IMG/VR virus record: IMGVR_UViG_3300043418_000072
Location: 248,001 to 312,000 of that record
Length of the DNA: 64,000 nt
Reading direction: 5' to 3' (one strand)
The stretch's first letter is position 1; each line of letters starts with the position of its first letter. The translations under genes and the position numbers were made by a program. Shown one piece after another: positions 1-9,589 of this stretch. The notes under the pieces are model-generated. The model was not told the origin of the DNA. It was given only the letters and a program-made list of their open reading frames with translations, and made no database searches.

Positions 1-602
1 CTTGCTGTGTATCCAATTATCTGTCCTTTCCACTTAAATGGAACAATTACACGTTTGTGCAAATTGTATGCTTCGTTCTCTGTAGTGTAGAAATCGTACC
101 TGCTGTAATCAATTTTACGATTGTAAATGTAGTTAAATGCACTAGCAAATTGTGGATGCACAGGCTCATCGTCGTCTTGCAAACGCAGGAATGTCTCCCA
201 CTCCTTGAAACTCACTGCATCCTCTGGTAGTGCCCGTACCTTAAAAGAAACTTCTTCTCGCTCTTCTTTAATAGTCTCGGGTGCAACCAGATCTTTAACT
301 CGTAGTGCGTCAATAACCAAACGCTTTACTTCGTTCTCGCTTGCACCGAGCCAACCCAATAGCTTACGAAATTTATAGTTTAAGTGGCGACCCGGTGTGT
401 AGTTGGCTTTGAACCCACAGTTAAAACAGTGATAGCTAGTACCGCCATCTGCGTTCATTACAAGGCCGCCTCTGCCCCGTGTGTCTGCGCTTTCGCCATT
501 GTGAGTGCAACACACGCCGTTGAAACTGATCCAGCCATTGGAACTGGTTTTCTTTTTAGCAGGAAGTATTTGACGCACTGCGTCTTGGATGGTATTAAAC
601 AT
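1..602 (-). CDS. DNA primase (T4 gp61-like), N-terminal part; runs off window
   Basis: Manual translation from ATG 602: MFNTIQDAVRQILPAKRKTSSNGWISFNGVCCTHNGESADTRGRGG...YHCFNCGFKA, a Zn-ribbon typical of phage primases. Open to the window edge and absent from the ORF track. Confidence 0.75.
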   Translation of the reverse strand, partial: MFNTIQDAVRQILPAKKKTSSNGWISFNGVCCTHNGESADTRGRGGLVMNADGGTSYHCFNCGFKANYTPGRHLNYKFRKLLGWLGASENEVKRLVIDALRVKDLVAPETIKEEREEVSFKVRALPEDAVSFKEWETFLRLQDDDEPVHPQFASAFNYIYNRKIDYSRYDFYTTENEAYNLHKRVIVPFKWKGQIIGYTA

Positions 603-1564
603 TATCGTTGATCTTCTAAGTTAGCTGCTTCAATTTGCGCCAACTGTTCTCGCTCTACATCACTAACAGTAATATTGCTGCCATCTTTTGTGGGCAAGAC
701 ATTGCCTTGCACTGACCAGCATTTGGGTCGATCTAGGTTACAAAACAACCACACAAGGCGTTCAGCCGTTTCCCCAATCACTGCTCTTACTGCATCTCTA
801 TCGGATGTACTTGAGTATGTAAAGATACTAGTGCCATATACACTGTGGAACAATCCTGCTAGGCATACATCAATGTTTTGCTTTTTGTTTTGCAGAATCT
901 GATACGTGCCCATTAAATGACTTTTTAGTGTGCCTTTGGCGTGCTGTGTTTTATCTGCGCCAATTTGATTAAGCAAGGCTGTGTATTTTGCTTCAATGAT
1001 ATCTGGTGCAGAATCTAAACGTATCTTGTATACTAACACTTCTCTCAGCTCATTGCAAGTCTTACTAACAGGTCTGGCTGCATGTAATTGGTTGCAGGGG
1101 AATTTCACAATGCGCCTAAATCTTGGTATTACTGACTGCTGGATATCTTTACCCTCTATATCAAGGATAACGGTTTCTCCTGCCCAGTTCATTTGCCATT
1201 CTCTATTGAGATAGAGCATGACTGTGTATTCCCCATCTCGGTTGCTGTCTGTGTGCATTGCACCTTCGGTGCCAAACGTATATGCGTTTACGTAACATCG
1301 TAACAGTTTACATGGCTCTACAATAATGTCACGTTTGATAACGTCCCAAACTTGTGATTCTAATTCGTAGCCGGGCTTATTGTAAAACTTATGTGAAACG
1401 TCATCTACTCCGTTTAGTCCGCCATCAGCAATACCATGATGCCAATGGTTCAAGGAAGACTTGACGTTACCTGCCCAGTAGTAACTAAAACGAAATCGAC
1501 GATACTTGTTCCATAATTCAATGGCTGTTGTATCGTCGATTGCTGAATCAAAAACTTTAATCAT
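602..1564 (-). CDS. 2OG-Fe(II) oxygenase fused to DUF6817-like (HD-like) domain
   Basis: HTD...YLN..W...GET...H.AR oxygenase motif; C-terminal HLMGTYQIL...AGLFHSVYGT. Start moved to MIKVFD. Confidence 0.75.
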   Translation of the reverse strand: MIKVFDSAIDDTTAIELWNKYRRFRFSYYWAGNVKSSLNHWHHGIADGGLNGVDDVSHKFYNKPGYELESQVWDVIKRDIIVEPCKLLRCYVNAYTFGTEGAMHTDSNRDGEYTVMLYLNREWQMNWAGETVILDIEGKDIQQSVIPRFRRIVKFPCNQLHAARPVSKTCNELREVLVYKIRLDSAPDIIEAKYTALLNQIGADKTQHAKGTLKSHLMGTYQILQNKKQNIDVCLAGLFHSVYGTSIFTYSSTSDRDAVRAVIGETAERLVWLFCNLDRPKCWSVQGNVLPTKDGSNITVSDVEREQLAQIEAANLEDQR

Positions 1565-1599
1565 ATAGTAGTTTATACTAAATGACAACTTAAATCAAC

Positions 1600-1626
1600 A
1601 AAAAAGGACCAAAGTCCTTTTTGTTT
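1600..1626. terminator. Putative intrinsic terminator
   Basis: AAGGAC-CAAA-GTCCTT hairpin flanked by A and T tracts after the tail-fibre gene. Confidence 0.55.
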
Positions 1627-1635
1627 TATGCCATA

Positions 1636-4600
1636 TTATCCAACTGTCCAAGTTCCAATTGCTGTGTTACCACCAGTTGCACTGATTGGGTTGATACGCA
1701 TTAGTGAACCTGCTGGTACTGTTACAGTTCCCGGAGTCACGCCCCAGCCAATTTGTGGAATTAATGTGCCGCCTGTGGTTACATCAATTGTACCAAACAC
1801 TTCGATAATGTTCGGTGTTCCATTTGCACCACTTGCCGTAACGGCCGATCCTGTTGCAAAACCACTGGTGATGTTGGTATTATTCATTACCGGAGTTGTT
1901 ACTGAGTTAACGCTCACTGCAAAAAAGTTAACACGAGCCAAAGCTGCTGTTCCGGCAAAACCTAAACGCATAGTGCTTGACCCACCTGCACTGCGGCTTA
2001 CGGCTGTTTTAATAGCAAAGTGATAACGTGTTGCAGTGGTTACCCCAACACTTTGCCCGAACAAACTGGTTTGATTACCATTGCCTGGCACGTATGTTCT
2101 ATCTGCGTTAAGAACAAACAACTGTTCGGATATCACTAAACTGCGTTGGGCATCGCTTGGAGTAAAATACAATGCGTTGCCATCGTAGTTCATTGCACCC
2201 GGTACTGTTGTAGTCAACAAAGAACCAGCGGTAAACTTCAACGGACTAGTAGTGGCTGTGCCTGCTGCCAATGTCATTGTGCCAGCAGCGGCTAAACTGA
2301 TGTTGCCTGCACTCACGTTGCCTGCAACTGTTAACCCAGTTAACGTGCCAACCGAGGTTACGTTTGTCTGTGCTGGGGTCAATAATGTACCAGCTACGTT
2401 TGTAAATGTTCCATTAGTGCCGCTTACATTGCCTGTTAAGACGTTACCGGTTACAGCCAATGCACTCAATGTACCAACACTTGTGATGTTAGTTTGTGCT
2501 GCTGTAGTTAGCGTTCCGCCCAAGTTGCCAGCATAGGTTGGCAAATACGCAGATACGTTTGAGTTGGTGTAAACTTGCGATTGCAATGTTGTAATGTTTA
2601 CGTTAGCTGCTGTGATGTTGGCACGTAGTCCACTGATTGCTGTGTCTTGTGCTGCTGCGTTGGCCGTCCATGCACTAGTCATTGCAGAGTCTAACGAATT
2701 AACATAGCTGACCACTGCACTGTTTGCGGTTACAATAGCTGCATTGGCTGCTGTGATGTTGGCACGTAGTCCGGTGATTTCACTTTCTTGAGATGCGGCA
2801 TTGGCTGTCCACGCACCGTTTACTGATGTGATTTGATCATTGACATAGCCAACAACTGCACTGTTTGCTGTTACAATAGCTGCATTAGCTGCTGTTAGGC
2901 CAGACTGTATAGCGGTTATGTTTGTTGCGTTAACGTTGCCTGCTGTAACGTTGCCTGCTACTGCCAAACTAGTCAGTGTACCAAGACTTGTTACATTTGG
3001 TTGTGCTGCGGTCAACAACACTGCTGTGGTGTTTGGAGTAACCAAGTTGCCCATGATAGTGATGTTGCCTGCTGTAATGGTACCAGCAACCTTCATGTTG
3101 TCACCAACCTGTAGTCGAGTTACTCCGTCGTCTGCAGGCGTGCCAATCAACCAACGCTTCTGGTGAATACGACCAGCTTCGCGATCTGCTGTAGTGCCAT
3201 CAGTGAAGAATACCACATCAGTTTGAGTTGATTGTGTACCGATGGTCAAGTTACCGCCGTTGACATACATATAGCCATCGTTGGCTTTCTGGATGCTGTA
3301 CAATGGATCAGTGTTTTGACTTGAGTTAATGCCCACGTCAATGTAGTTGTTGGTGTCACTGCCAATGTCGTTTGCTGCGACCCAATCAGTACTTGCAGTT
3401 GTTCCGGCGTGCAAATTTTGATTAACAAGTTGGCTCCAACTGTTAAGGTTAGCAGTAAACTGGGCCACGGTATTGTAGTTTGTTAGTGCACCAGATCCAA
3501 CATTCAGTTTATGATATGCGTTAATATTTCCCGTAAACACATTCATCCAATTACGAGATTCGCTTCCAAGATTGGTCGTATCATCTTCTGATGGGACTAC
3601 GCTAATATTACTACGCCATGCGTGTTGGCCGTCATCGTACGTCCAATCTGCTGTAGCTTGCCCGCCAATGTTTCCAATCAAGAAGGCTGCACCATCCATT
3701 GCGACGGTGCTGACTGCATTGGCCGCAATAGTAAAAGTCTTGGTATCAACTGTGGTCACTACTGCTTGAGTTGTTACTGTTGTACCGACTACGTTTAAAT
3801 TGCCATACACAGTTAAACTGCCAGCAATACTACTATTGGCGCCAATGCTAGTTGTATTAAGAGTTGTAGCTGTTACATTGCCGACGGCAATATTACCTGA
3901 TGCACCACGACTTACAATAGTACCAGGAGTGTTAGTTGGAGTTGCATCACTAGACAAGTTAAGGATTTTTGAAGTCCCAACTACACTAAATGCACCAGTA
4001 ATGTGATCAAGGTTATTAGTGGTGCTTGCTGCGGCGCTTGATTGAACGGTACTATCGTTAAATGCAATAGTACCAGTTCCAGTAACATTAATTTGATTAT
4101 TAATAATCATAGCGCCATCAACGTTAATGTTACCAGTAAAGGTAGATAATCCAAAATTTGAAACCGCCCCTGTAGTATCAACATTGCCAGTGATATGTAC
4201 ATCCCCGGTTAATGTTGTGTTCCCTACAGTTGTTGTGTCGCCGATCATCTGAGTAGTACCACTAACAATTAAATTGCCCTGAACCGTAGCTCCTTCGGTT
4301 ATGTCTAATCCACCGTTAAATTGGGTAAACCCACTGTGAGTCACATTACCAATAAAGACACTGTTGCCAGTAATCAGCTGTGACCCAGTACTGATTTTTG
4401 TACCGTTGAAAGTAGTATCACCGTTAAAGATAGTGTCACCATCAATAGTTCTTGTGCCAAGAATAATACTGTTACCGGTTTGAGTAAAGTTGTGTACCGT
4501 TAGATTAGCTGTAGTTAGTTCACCAACTCCGCTAATAATTGCAGGGCTTGCTGTGAAGTTAATCGAACCATCGTAGTTAGCAAGATATTCTGCCACATTG

Positions 4601-5193
4601 GAATCAGTGTAGTTAGTTGCGTTTGGCACAACCGCTTGCCCGTCAACGTACAATGTGCCGCCGGTCGTGCTTAATGCCACTCCACCGATATTAACGGTAT
4701 TTCCACTAACATACAGTGAACGCCACTGGTTTGACGGGCTACCCAAATCATAAGTTGCATCAGTTGACGGAATTAGATTTCCGTCAACTGATCCCAGTAC
4801 ATCAAGTAAATCTCCAACAGTGATGTACCCGGCTTCTTGTAATACTGCAATAGAATTGCTTTGTGTAGCTGCATTAGAGGTTAGATAAGTAATAGCCGTT
4901 GCCTGGGATGATGCGTTTGCATATAGGGCATTTATGTTGGAGATGAATCCTGCATCCAATCCAGTAATAGTTGATACTACATTGGACAATGTTGATACGT
5001 TTGCTGCTAAATTAATCAATGATGTGGAGCTAGGCATTACCCAGCCACCTGCGGTTACCCCGTCATGAACGCGAATTGCGCGAAGGGTAGTGTCTACAGT
5101 AACTTCCCCTACTGGCCCAGTATATGTGGAACTGGCTGCGGTGTTGCCACGCTTTAATAATACTTGTCTAATGTTTACGTTTGCTACTGTCAT
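1636..5193 (-). CDS. Tail fibre / virion structural protein with Mtd-like N-terminus
   Basis: N-terminal LKRGNTAASSTYTGPVGEVTVDTTLRAIRVHDGVTAGG; G/T/N/A-rich beta repeats; TAAQPNVTSLGTL repeats; coiled-coil repeat GLRANITAAN. Confidence 0.75.
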   Translation of the reverse strand: MTVANVNIRQVLLKRGNTAASSTYTGPVGEVTVDTTLRAIRVHDGVTAGGWVMPSSTSLINLAANVSTLSNVVSTITGLDAGFISNINALYANASSQATAITYLTSNAATQSNSIAVLQEAGYITVGDLLDVLGSVDGNLIPSTDATYDLGSPSNQWRSLYVSGNTVNIGGVALSTTGGTLYVDGQAVVPNATNYTDSNVAEYLANYDGSINFTASPAIISGVGELTTANLTVHNFTQTGNSIILGTRTIDGDTIFNGDTTFNGTKISTGSQLITGNSVFIGNVTHSGFTQFNGGLDITEGATVQGNLIVSGTTQMIGDTTTVGNTTLTGDVHITGNVDTTGAVSNFGLSTFTGNINVDGAMIINNQINVTGTGTIAFNDSTVQSSAAASTTNNLDHITGAFSVVGTSKILNLSSDATPTNTPGTIVSRGASGNIAVGNVTATTLNTTSIGANSSIAGSLTVYGNLNVVGTTVTTQAVVTTVDTKTFTIAANAVSTVAMDGAAFLIGNIGGQATADWTYDDGQHAWRSNISVVPSEDDTTNLGSESRNWMNVFTGNINAYHKLNVGSGALTNYNTVAQFTANLNSWSQLVNQNLHAGTTASTDWVAANDIGSDTNNYIDVGINSSQNTDPLYSIQKANDGYMYVNGGNLTIGTQSTQTDVVFFTDGTTADREAGRIHQKRWLIGTPADDGVTRLQVGDNMKVAGTITAGNITIMGNLVTPNTTAVLLTAAQPNVTSLGTLTSLAVAGNVTAGNVNATNITAIQSGLTAANAAIVTANSAVVGYVNDQITSVNGAWTANAASQESEITGLRANITAANAAIVTANSAVVSYVNSLDSAMTSAWTANAAAQDTAISGLRANITAANVNITTLQSQVYTNSNVSAYLPTYAGNLGGTLTTAAQTNITSVGTLSALAVTGNVLTGNVSGTNGTFTNVAGTLLTPAQTNVTSVGTLTGLTVAGNVSAGNISLAAAGTMTLAAGTATTSPLKFTAGSLLTTTVPGAMNYDGNALYFTPSDAQRSLVISEQLFVLNADRTYVPGNGNQTSLFGQSVGVTTATRYHFAIKTAVSRSAGGSSTMRLGFAGTAALARVNFFAVSVNSVTTPVMNNTNITSGFATGSAVTASGANGTPNIIEVFGTIDVTTGGTLIPQIGWGVTPGTVTVPAGSLMRINPISATGGNTAIGTWTVG

Positions 5194-5194
5194 T

Positions 5195-5689
5195 TTAAAT
5201 TTCTCCGCCGTCAATTACGCTGTTGTCTACATCCGGGCTTGGCTCTGTGATAGAATAGTATGCTGGCAATACATGTAGATCCAATGGGGCGCCATAGTTG
5301 TCATCTACATACGCAGGTTTTTCTGCATTGGTGTTTAAGTTTATTGTTTTGAATGTTAGCTTGTAAAAACGTTGTTCTAAGCTGCTAACAGTATTCTTGT
5401 CTATTGTAAAGGTACCTTGTCCCAGCGACACATTAGAGAATGTAACCGCATAACTGTTGACTGTTACTTGATTTGTTGGGTCCTGTATATCAGCCTGGAC
5501 TGCATAGCCTGCAATGTTCGCAGCTTTCTGGTCCTGGTTCTTTACTAAAACTTGGATTGGGTTGTCTATACCCTGATAGACTTTAATAGGGCGACTGTAC
5601 ACAGGTCTGTTCCTTGTTGTGAAGATGGCTGGGTCCATTATTTGAACCGTCACCGTGTTATCATATAAATATATTTTGGTAGTCTGCAT
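5195..5689 (-). CDS. Hypothetical (probable structural) protein
   Basis: 164-aa ORF preceded by CTAAATA and directly upstream of the fibre gene. Confidence 0.6.
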   Translation of the reverse strand: MQTTKIYLYDNTVTVQIMDPAIFTTRNRPVYSRPIKVYQGIDNPIQVLVKNQDQKAANIAGYAVQADIQDPTNQVTVNSYAVTFSNVSLGQGTFTIDKNTVSSLEQRFYKLTFKTINLNTNAEKPAYVDDNYGAPLDLHVLPAYYSITEPSPDVDNSVIDGGEI

Positions 5690-5707
5690 TTCAGATTATC
5701 TTTAACA

Positions 5708-5714
5708 TATTTAG
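5708..5714 (-). promoter_or_regulatory. Putative late promoter (NTAAATA)
   Basis: CTAAATA about 20 nt before ATG; the same motif precedes the SSB gene (61286-61292) and 61350..62798 (62819-62825). Confidence 0.45.
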
Positions 5715-5723
5715 CGAAACACG

Positions 5724-6095
5724 GTGGAACAAATACAACAGCTATTAGAACAATATCCCTTTATAACGTATCTAGTATACGGTGGGAACGATTATATCGG
5801 GATCGTGCAGAACGCAGATGAGCAAATCACTACGATCTACGACTTCGGTAGCTTAAAAACGCCAGAACAAAAGGCCAAGTTCCTGGAACTAGGTGAGCAA
5901 TGGTGGTGGGAGAGTAATAGATTAATCCCAATCAACGTGTTTCTTAAAGCCGACTGGGTGGTATTCAAGCCTTGCGTTAAGACTATGAATAGCAAAGATG
6001 TGGAAATCAAAGTAGGTCCACAGACTAGCCTTAAAGAGATGGCTAGCAAGCGCTCAAAGCGCCGTAGTATTACATTAGTTAGACGCTTGAGCTAA
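5724..6095 (+). CDS. Hypothetical phage protein
   Basis: 123-aa ORF with GTG start, WWWESNRLIPI motif and basic C-terminus. Confidence 0.7.
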   Translation: MEQIQQLLEQYPFITYLVYGGNDYIGIVQNADEQITTIYDFGSLKTPEQKAKFLELGEQWWWESNRLIPINVFLKADWVVFKPCVKTMNSKDVEIKVGPQTSLKEMASKRSKRRSITLVRRLS

Positions 6096-6736
6096 TAACA
6101 ATAACTCATCAACAGTAAGGGTACTATTAGCTCCTTTACTGCAATTCTTCTTAGCCTCAATGATTTGTAAATTAGCAGGATGGTTTACAATCTCTTCCGA
6201 CAATCCTGCCTTCCATGCATCAAGTATGCTTAATTTATGATCCACATGATAGGTCTGCTGGCCTAATACATATCCTTGATCCTTGGCCCATCGTTGAGCT
6301 CGCTGTCTAATAAAACGAGCATAACGTCGGAACTCGGCTGCCTTATCTGGATCTAAGGTACCAAATTTTTTCGCTTGGTGTTGGACATCTTTTGTAAAAC
6401 TTCAGGCACACCGCAACAATGTTCTAAGAATCGTAGCTTGGTTTCTTGTTTCCGTTGGTCTGCTCCGACCCATTGCTCGGCTATACGGGCTGAATGTTGT
6501 TTAATATATTCCGGACAGTGCTGTGTTTTTGTTAAGCAAGTATATTTTCCGCGAGTATTTAATACCGTAGCTGGTTGTCCGCACCCTTGCCAACACAGAG
6601 TTCCGTCTGGGATAGAATTGTGGGTCTTTTTGTGATAGTGATACATTGACGGATTGTTTGACGTATAATCGCAATGCTCACATTTTCGGGGATAGTTTTG
6701 TTTGCCTTTAAGATTAGGCTTACCTTTACGGGACAT
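6075..6736 (-). CDS. HNH homing endonuclease with N-terminal Zn finger, split by a -1 frameshift
   Basis: Frame 0 (CEHC..H, CWQGC) stops at 6353. The -1 frame from A_AAA_AAT (6365-6371) continues KFGTLD...YHVDHKLSI...NHPANLQIIEAKKNCSKG to TAA at 6075. Confidence 0.75.
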
Positions 6737-6751
6737 ATAATTCCTTTAAAG

Positions 6752-6759
6752 TATTTATA
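6752..6759 (-). promoter_or_regulatory. T4-type late promoter TATAAATA
   Basis: Exact TATAAATA upstream of the HNH gene. Confidence 0.55.
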
Positions 6760-6772
6760 CTTTATTAAAAAA

Positions 6773-7351
6773 TCACACTCTGTTCACCAAAAGGTTCATA
6801 TGCACAACTACAAGATGACTATAAGCAATCGAATGACTTTTTTTAAATGCGTATGCCCCATTGGCGTCAGGTTCCCATACTGTTTCAGCAACTTCCTTCC
6901 AAGTTTTTCCGATCAAATGCCGTTTAGCAGGGCGAATCAATGCTAGAAACATGGCCATACGCGGAATAGTATTCACTGCTTCTGGCATCTTAATTAGCGT
7001 ATCGTAATGTGCGCCAATATGTATTAGCTTTGCACAAAACTCCGGATCATATAACGCTGCCCAGTCTGGCTCAATTGCTAATAGTTCTTGCAAATGTTGT
7101 TCACTCTTTATCTGCGTATATAAAGACACATTCAAAAAGTCTAGCTTGGCATAGCCGCGATCTTCTGCTGCTTTGTGATCAATGCCTGCAACGCACATAA
7201 ATGGATCCTCGGGTACGTCGGTTACGTAGATACCTGTATTATGCTTGATTAACTTGCCGTCACGGATAATGGCTGCTGGTGTGTGCTTTAGCAATGCCAA
7301 CGCTCTGTTGCGATCGCCAAAGTCGATGTCTACGTCACTTTTGAAAATCAT
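6773..7351 (-). CDS. Minimal DNA polymerase III alpha (DnaE)-like catalytic module
   Basis: DVDIDF, KHNTG, KLDFL and YAFKKSHSIAY motifs of family C polymerases in only 192 aa. Confidence 0.8.
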   Translation of the reverse strand: MIFKSDVDIDFGDRNRALALLKHTPAAIIRDGKLIKHNTGIYVTDVPEDPFMCVAGIDHKAAEDRGYAKLDFLNVSLYTQIKSEQHLQELLAIEPDWAALYDPEFCAKLIHIGAHYDTLIKMPEAVNTIPRMAMFLALIRPAKRHLIGKTWKEVAETVWEPDANGAYAFKKSHSIAYSHLVVVHMNLLVNRV

Positions 7352-8049
7352 AGTCCCGCTGCTTCCATAATCGATTTAACCCACGTTACGTCTTCTGGGT
7401 AATCTCTAAACTTCTTCTGCCAGTAATCGGGGTCAATGGCAGGCAAAATTATTTCCACTTGTTCATTAGATAACGTATCAAGAAAGGCAACCCCGCTCTC
7501 ACAATTAAAGACAACCCAAGGACTAATACGACCGGTGCTAATATGATGACAGATCCTATTACCATTAGCGTATCTGAAATAGTCTCTATAGCCGTTTTTA
7601 AGTTCTGGATGATCCTCTGCATAACTTGTTATTTCCTTTAATGCCCGCTCTAGTGCGTCTTGCGGGTTCTCTTTTTTCATGTACTCTGCCAACCACTCTG
7701 CATAAAACGCATCCTTGGTCCAGTAGTCTAACTTCTTATTGTTTTTAAGCAACCAGTCAATGAATACCAGTGGGTTAACTGCACGTATACCCACTAGGTG
7801 TCTACCAAACTTAACAAATGCTGTGTAGTATGGGCTACCAGCAAAGTCTTCGTATGTTTTGATCTTGCCTGCACCTTGTGTTGTTTGATAAAATCGCAGG
7901 TATGCTTTAAAGCCTAACTGTACGCCAGTTTCGTTTTGTTGCTGTGCTCTGCGCTTTTGTTCGCAGGCGTGACTTGCTAGAGTAGATTCCTTAGCAAATG
8001 ATTTGCCACAATACTGACATTTATAGGTCTGCTTTGATTCGCTTGTCAT
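7348..8049 (-). CDS. C2H2-like Zn-finger protein
   Basis: YKCQYCGKSFAKESTLASHAC; start moved to MTSESK. Confidence 0.7.
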   Translation of the reverse strand: MTSESKQTYKCQYCGKSFAKESTLASHACEQKRRAQQQNETGVQLGFKAYLRFYQTTQGAGKIKTYEDFAGSPYYTAFVKFGRHLVGIRAVNPLVFIDWLLKNNKKLDYWTKDAFYAEWLAEYMKKENPQDALERALKEITSYAEDHPELKNGYRDYFRYANGNRICHHISTGRISPWVVFNCESGVAFLDTLSNEQVEIILPAIDPDYWQKKFRDYPEDVTWVKSIMEAAGL

Positions 8050-8488
8050 CCCATCCGTGCTCTTTAGCCAGTCGTTTAAGATCGTCTTTACTGTTAAGTC
8101 GTCCGAGTAGCTCAATTTCATCTTCTTTCAAGTGCGGGTAAATTCCTCTAAGAAATTTAACTGCTTTGTTGTTGCTTTCTTTCTTCTTGCCTGCTAGCCA
8201 CTTGTGATACTGCTTGCCCAATCCCGGACTAACTGTAGTGGCCAGTAGCCACTGTAGCTTTTTGTGCTCACTTGTGCTTACATCGAAGAACTGTTTATTT
8301 AACTTCTCATTCAAGCTCATCAAGTAATAGGCCTGCATGTCTGCACTGCCTTCTACTGTGGCGCCCCAGCGAATCATTAGGAATGGGCTAAACTTTTTCT
8401 TTTCATCTTCGCTTAGGCTATCATAGAAGTCACGGTTCTTGTTATCAAACTGTGCCATCTCATTTGAAATGTTTAGTTTATCACTCAT
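8021..8488 (-). CDS. Clamp-loader small subunit (T4 gp62-like)
   Basis: FSPFLMIRW...LNE..N...LQWLL...HKW pattern recalled from the gp62 family; replication context. Confidence 0.55.
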   Translation of the reverse strand: MSDKLNISNEMAQFDNKNRDFYDSLSEDEKKKFSPFLMIRWGATVEGSADMQAYYLMSLNEKLNKQFFDVSTSEHKKLQWLLATTVSPGLGKQYHKWLAGKKKESNNKAVKFLRGIYPHLKEDEIELLGRLNSKDDLKRLAKEHGWDDKRIKADL

Positions 8489-8690
8489 CTATATAGGGTC
8501 TCCGGAGTACTATGTTTAAAAACGATCCAACCACATTAGAGGAATCCGGTGTTATAGTAACCACGTCCCATCCCTCTGCGCCAAGCTCGTTTAACTCAGC
8601 AGTGGTGTTTACCCACGACCCAATGGAATCAGTTTCTCTAATAAGGCTGGATACATAATGGTATTGATATTTTATCATACTGGATGCCAC
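8481..8690 (-). CDS. DUF4177-like small protein
   Basis: LNELGAEGWDVV...LRRP signature. Confidence 0.6.
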   Translation of the reverse strand: MASSMIKYQYHYVSSLIRETDSIGSWVNTTAELNELGAEGWDVVTITPDSSNVVGSFLNIVLRRPYIDE

Positions 8691-8962
8691 ATAACTTCGT
8701 TGCTGTCTTCAAGTAGTCGATAGAACATTATAACACGATCTAGCTCTTCTTGCAAACCGGGATGGGTCTTTGCCTTGCGGCGAATGTTGCCCCACAGTTT
8801 ATCCTCTTGGATTTCGTCCCATTTGCTCCTGGCTGTGTAACTTTGCCCAATCATCACACGCTCGTTAGTGCCTACTTCTCTAGCATAGGTTGTTTGACCA
8901 CCATCGGGGCTTTCGTAAACGTAAGTGGCTCCAGGTTTAAGCTGTCCCATACTTGTATCCAT
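8675..8962 (-). CDS. Hypothetical protein
   Basis: YVYESPDGGQTTYAR motif; may start at 8950. Confidence 0.65.
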   Translation of the reverse strand: MDTSMGQLKPGATYVYESPDGGQTTYAREVGTNERVMIGQSYTARSKWDEIQEDKLWGNIRRKAKTHPGLQEELDRVIMFYRLLEDSNEVMWHPV

Positions 8963-9086
8963 ATTGTAAGTGTGCCCAGCGCAAGAAACGTTCCAGTCCT
9001 TCCTTGTCGTCTGGGTAGCTTTCCAAATAGATTCTCGCGAGTCTATTCATTGTTTCAAAAATTTGTGGTTCTGTGTAATTTCCCAT
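8937..9086 (-). CDS. Small hypothetical protein (49 aa)
   Basis: MGNYTEPQIFETMNRLARIYLESYPDD...; fills the gap and overlaps the upstream stop (TGATG). Confidence 0.55.
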   Translation of the reverse strand: MGNYTEPQIFETMNRLARIYLESYPDDKEGLERFLRWAHLQYGYKYGTA

Positions 9087-9589
9087 CACCAGGCCTTACT
9101 GTAATCAACTACCTCACTTTGGCGACTGATGTCTTTTACAAAGTAAGCGCATAAGGGTTTCTCTGTTCCCGAGTCTAGAGGTACTGCTAGCATCTGCCCG
9201 GGTTTAAGTTTAGGAAAGTACCATTTAACATCTTGATAGATATCCACAATCTCAACAGACTTAAATTCAGGCTTAAAGCTGCTTAGTGGATTAAAGCAAA
9301 ATACCTTAAATCCCCTATCGTTAATGCTAGTAAGTGGCACAACCTCTAGGTCGCCTAGGTCTGGTTCGCCAATCAGCAGTTGCCAATCTACCGGCATCTT
9401 AATAACGCTGTCTCCAATTTTTAGTACAAGGGCGGGACTATTAAATGATTCCAAAAAGATTAAGGGAATGTAGAAGTAATCTGGGTTCTTGTTATCGCTG
9501 TTGTCAAGTACTGCGAATCGCAAGTCCTCAACTTCATCGGGGATTTCGTTAAGGTCGTATGCTGTATTATCCAGCGTTAATATTCTCAT
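9086..9589 (-). CDS. Hypothetical phage protein
   Basis: 167-aa ORF translationally coupled to its neighbours. Confidence 0.7.
   Translation of the reverse strand: MRILTLDNTAYDLNEIPDEVEDLRFAVLDNSDNKNPDYFYIPLIFLESFNSPALVLKIGDSVIKMPVDWQLLIGEPDLGDLEVVPLTSINDRGFKVFCFNPLSSFKPEFKSVEIVDIYQDVKWYFPKLKPGQMLAVPLDSGTEKPLCAYFVKDISRQSEVVDYSKAW

Noticed and set aside
2590-2895. DNA repeats in the fibre gene as a diversity-generating or mobile element
   Set aside because: In-frame coiled-coil repeats; no reverse transcriptase and no adenine-specific template/variable pair seen.
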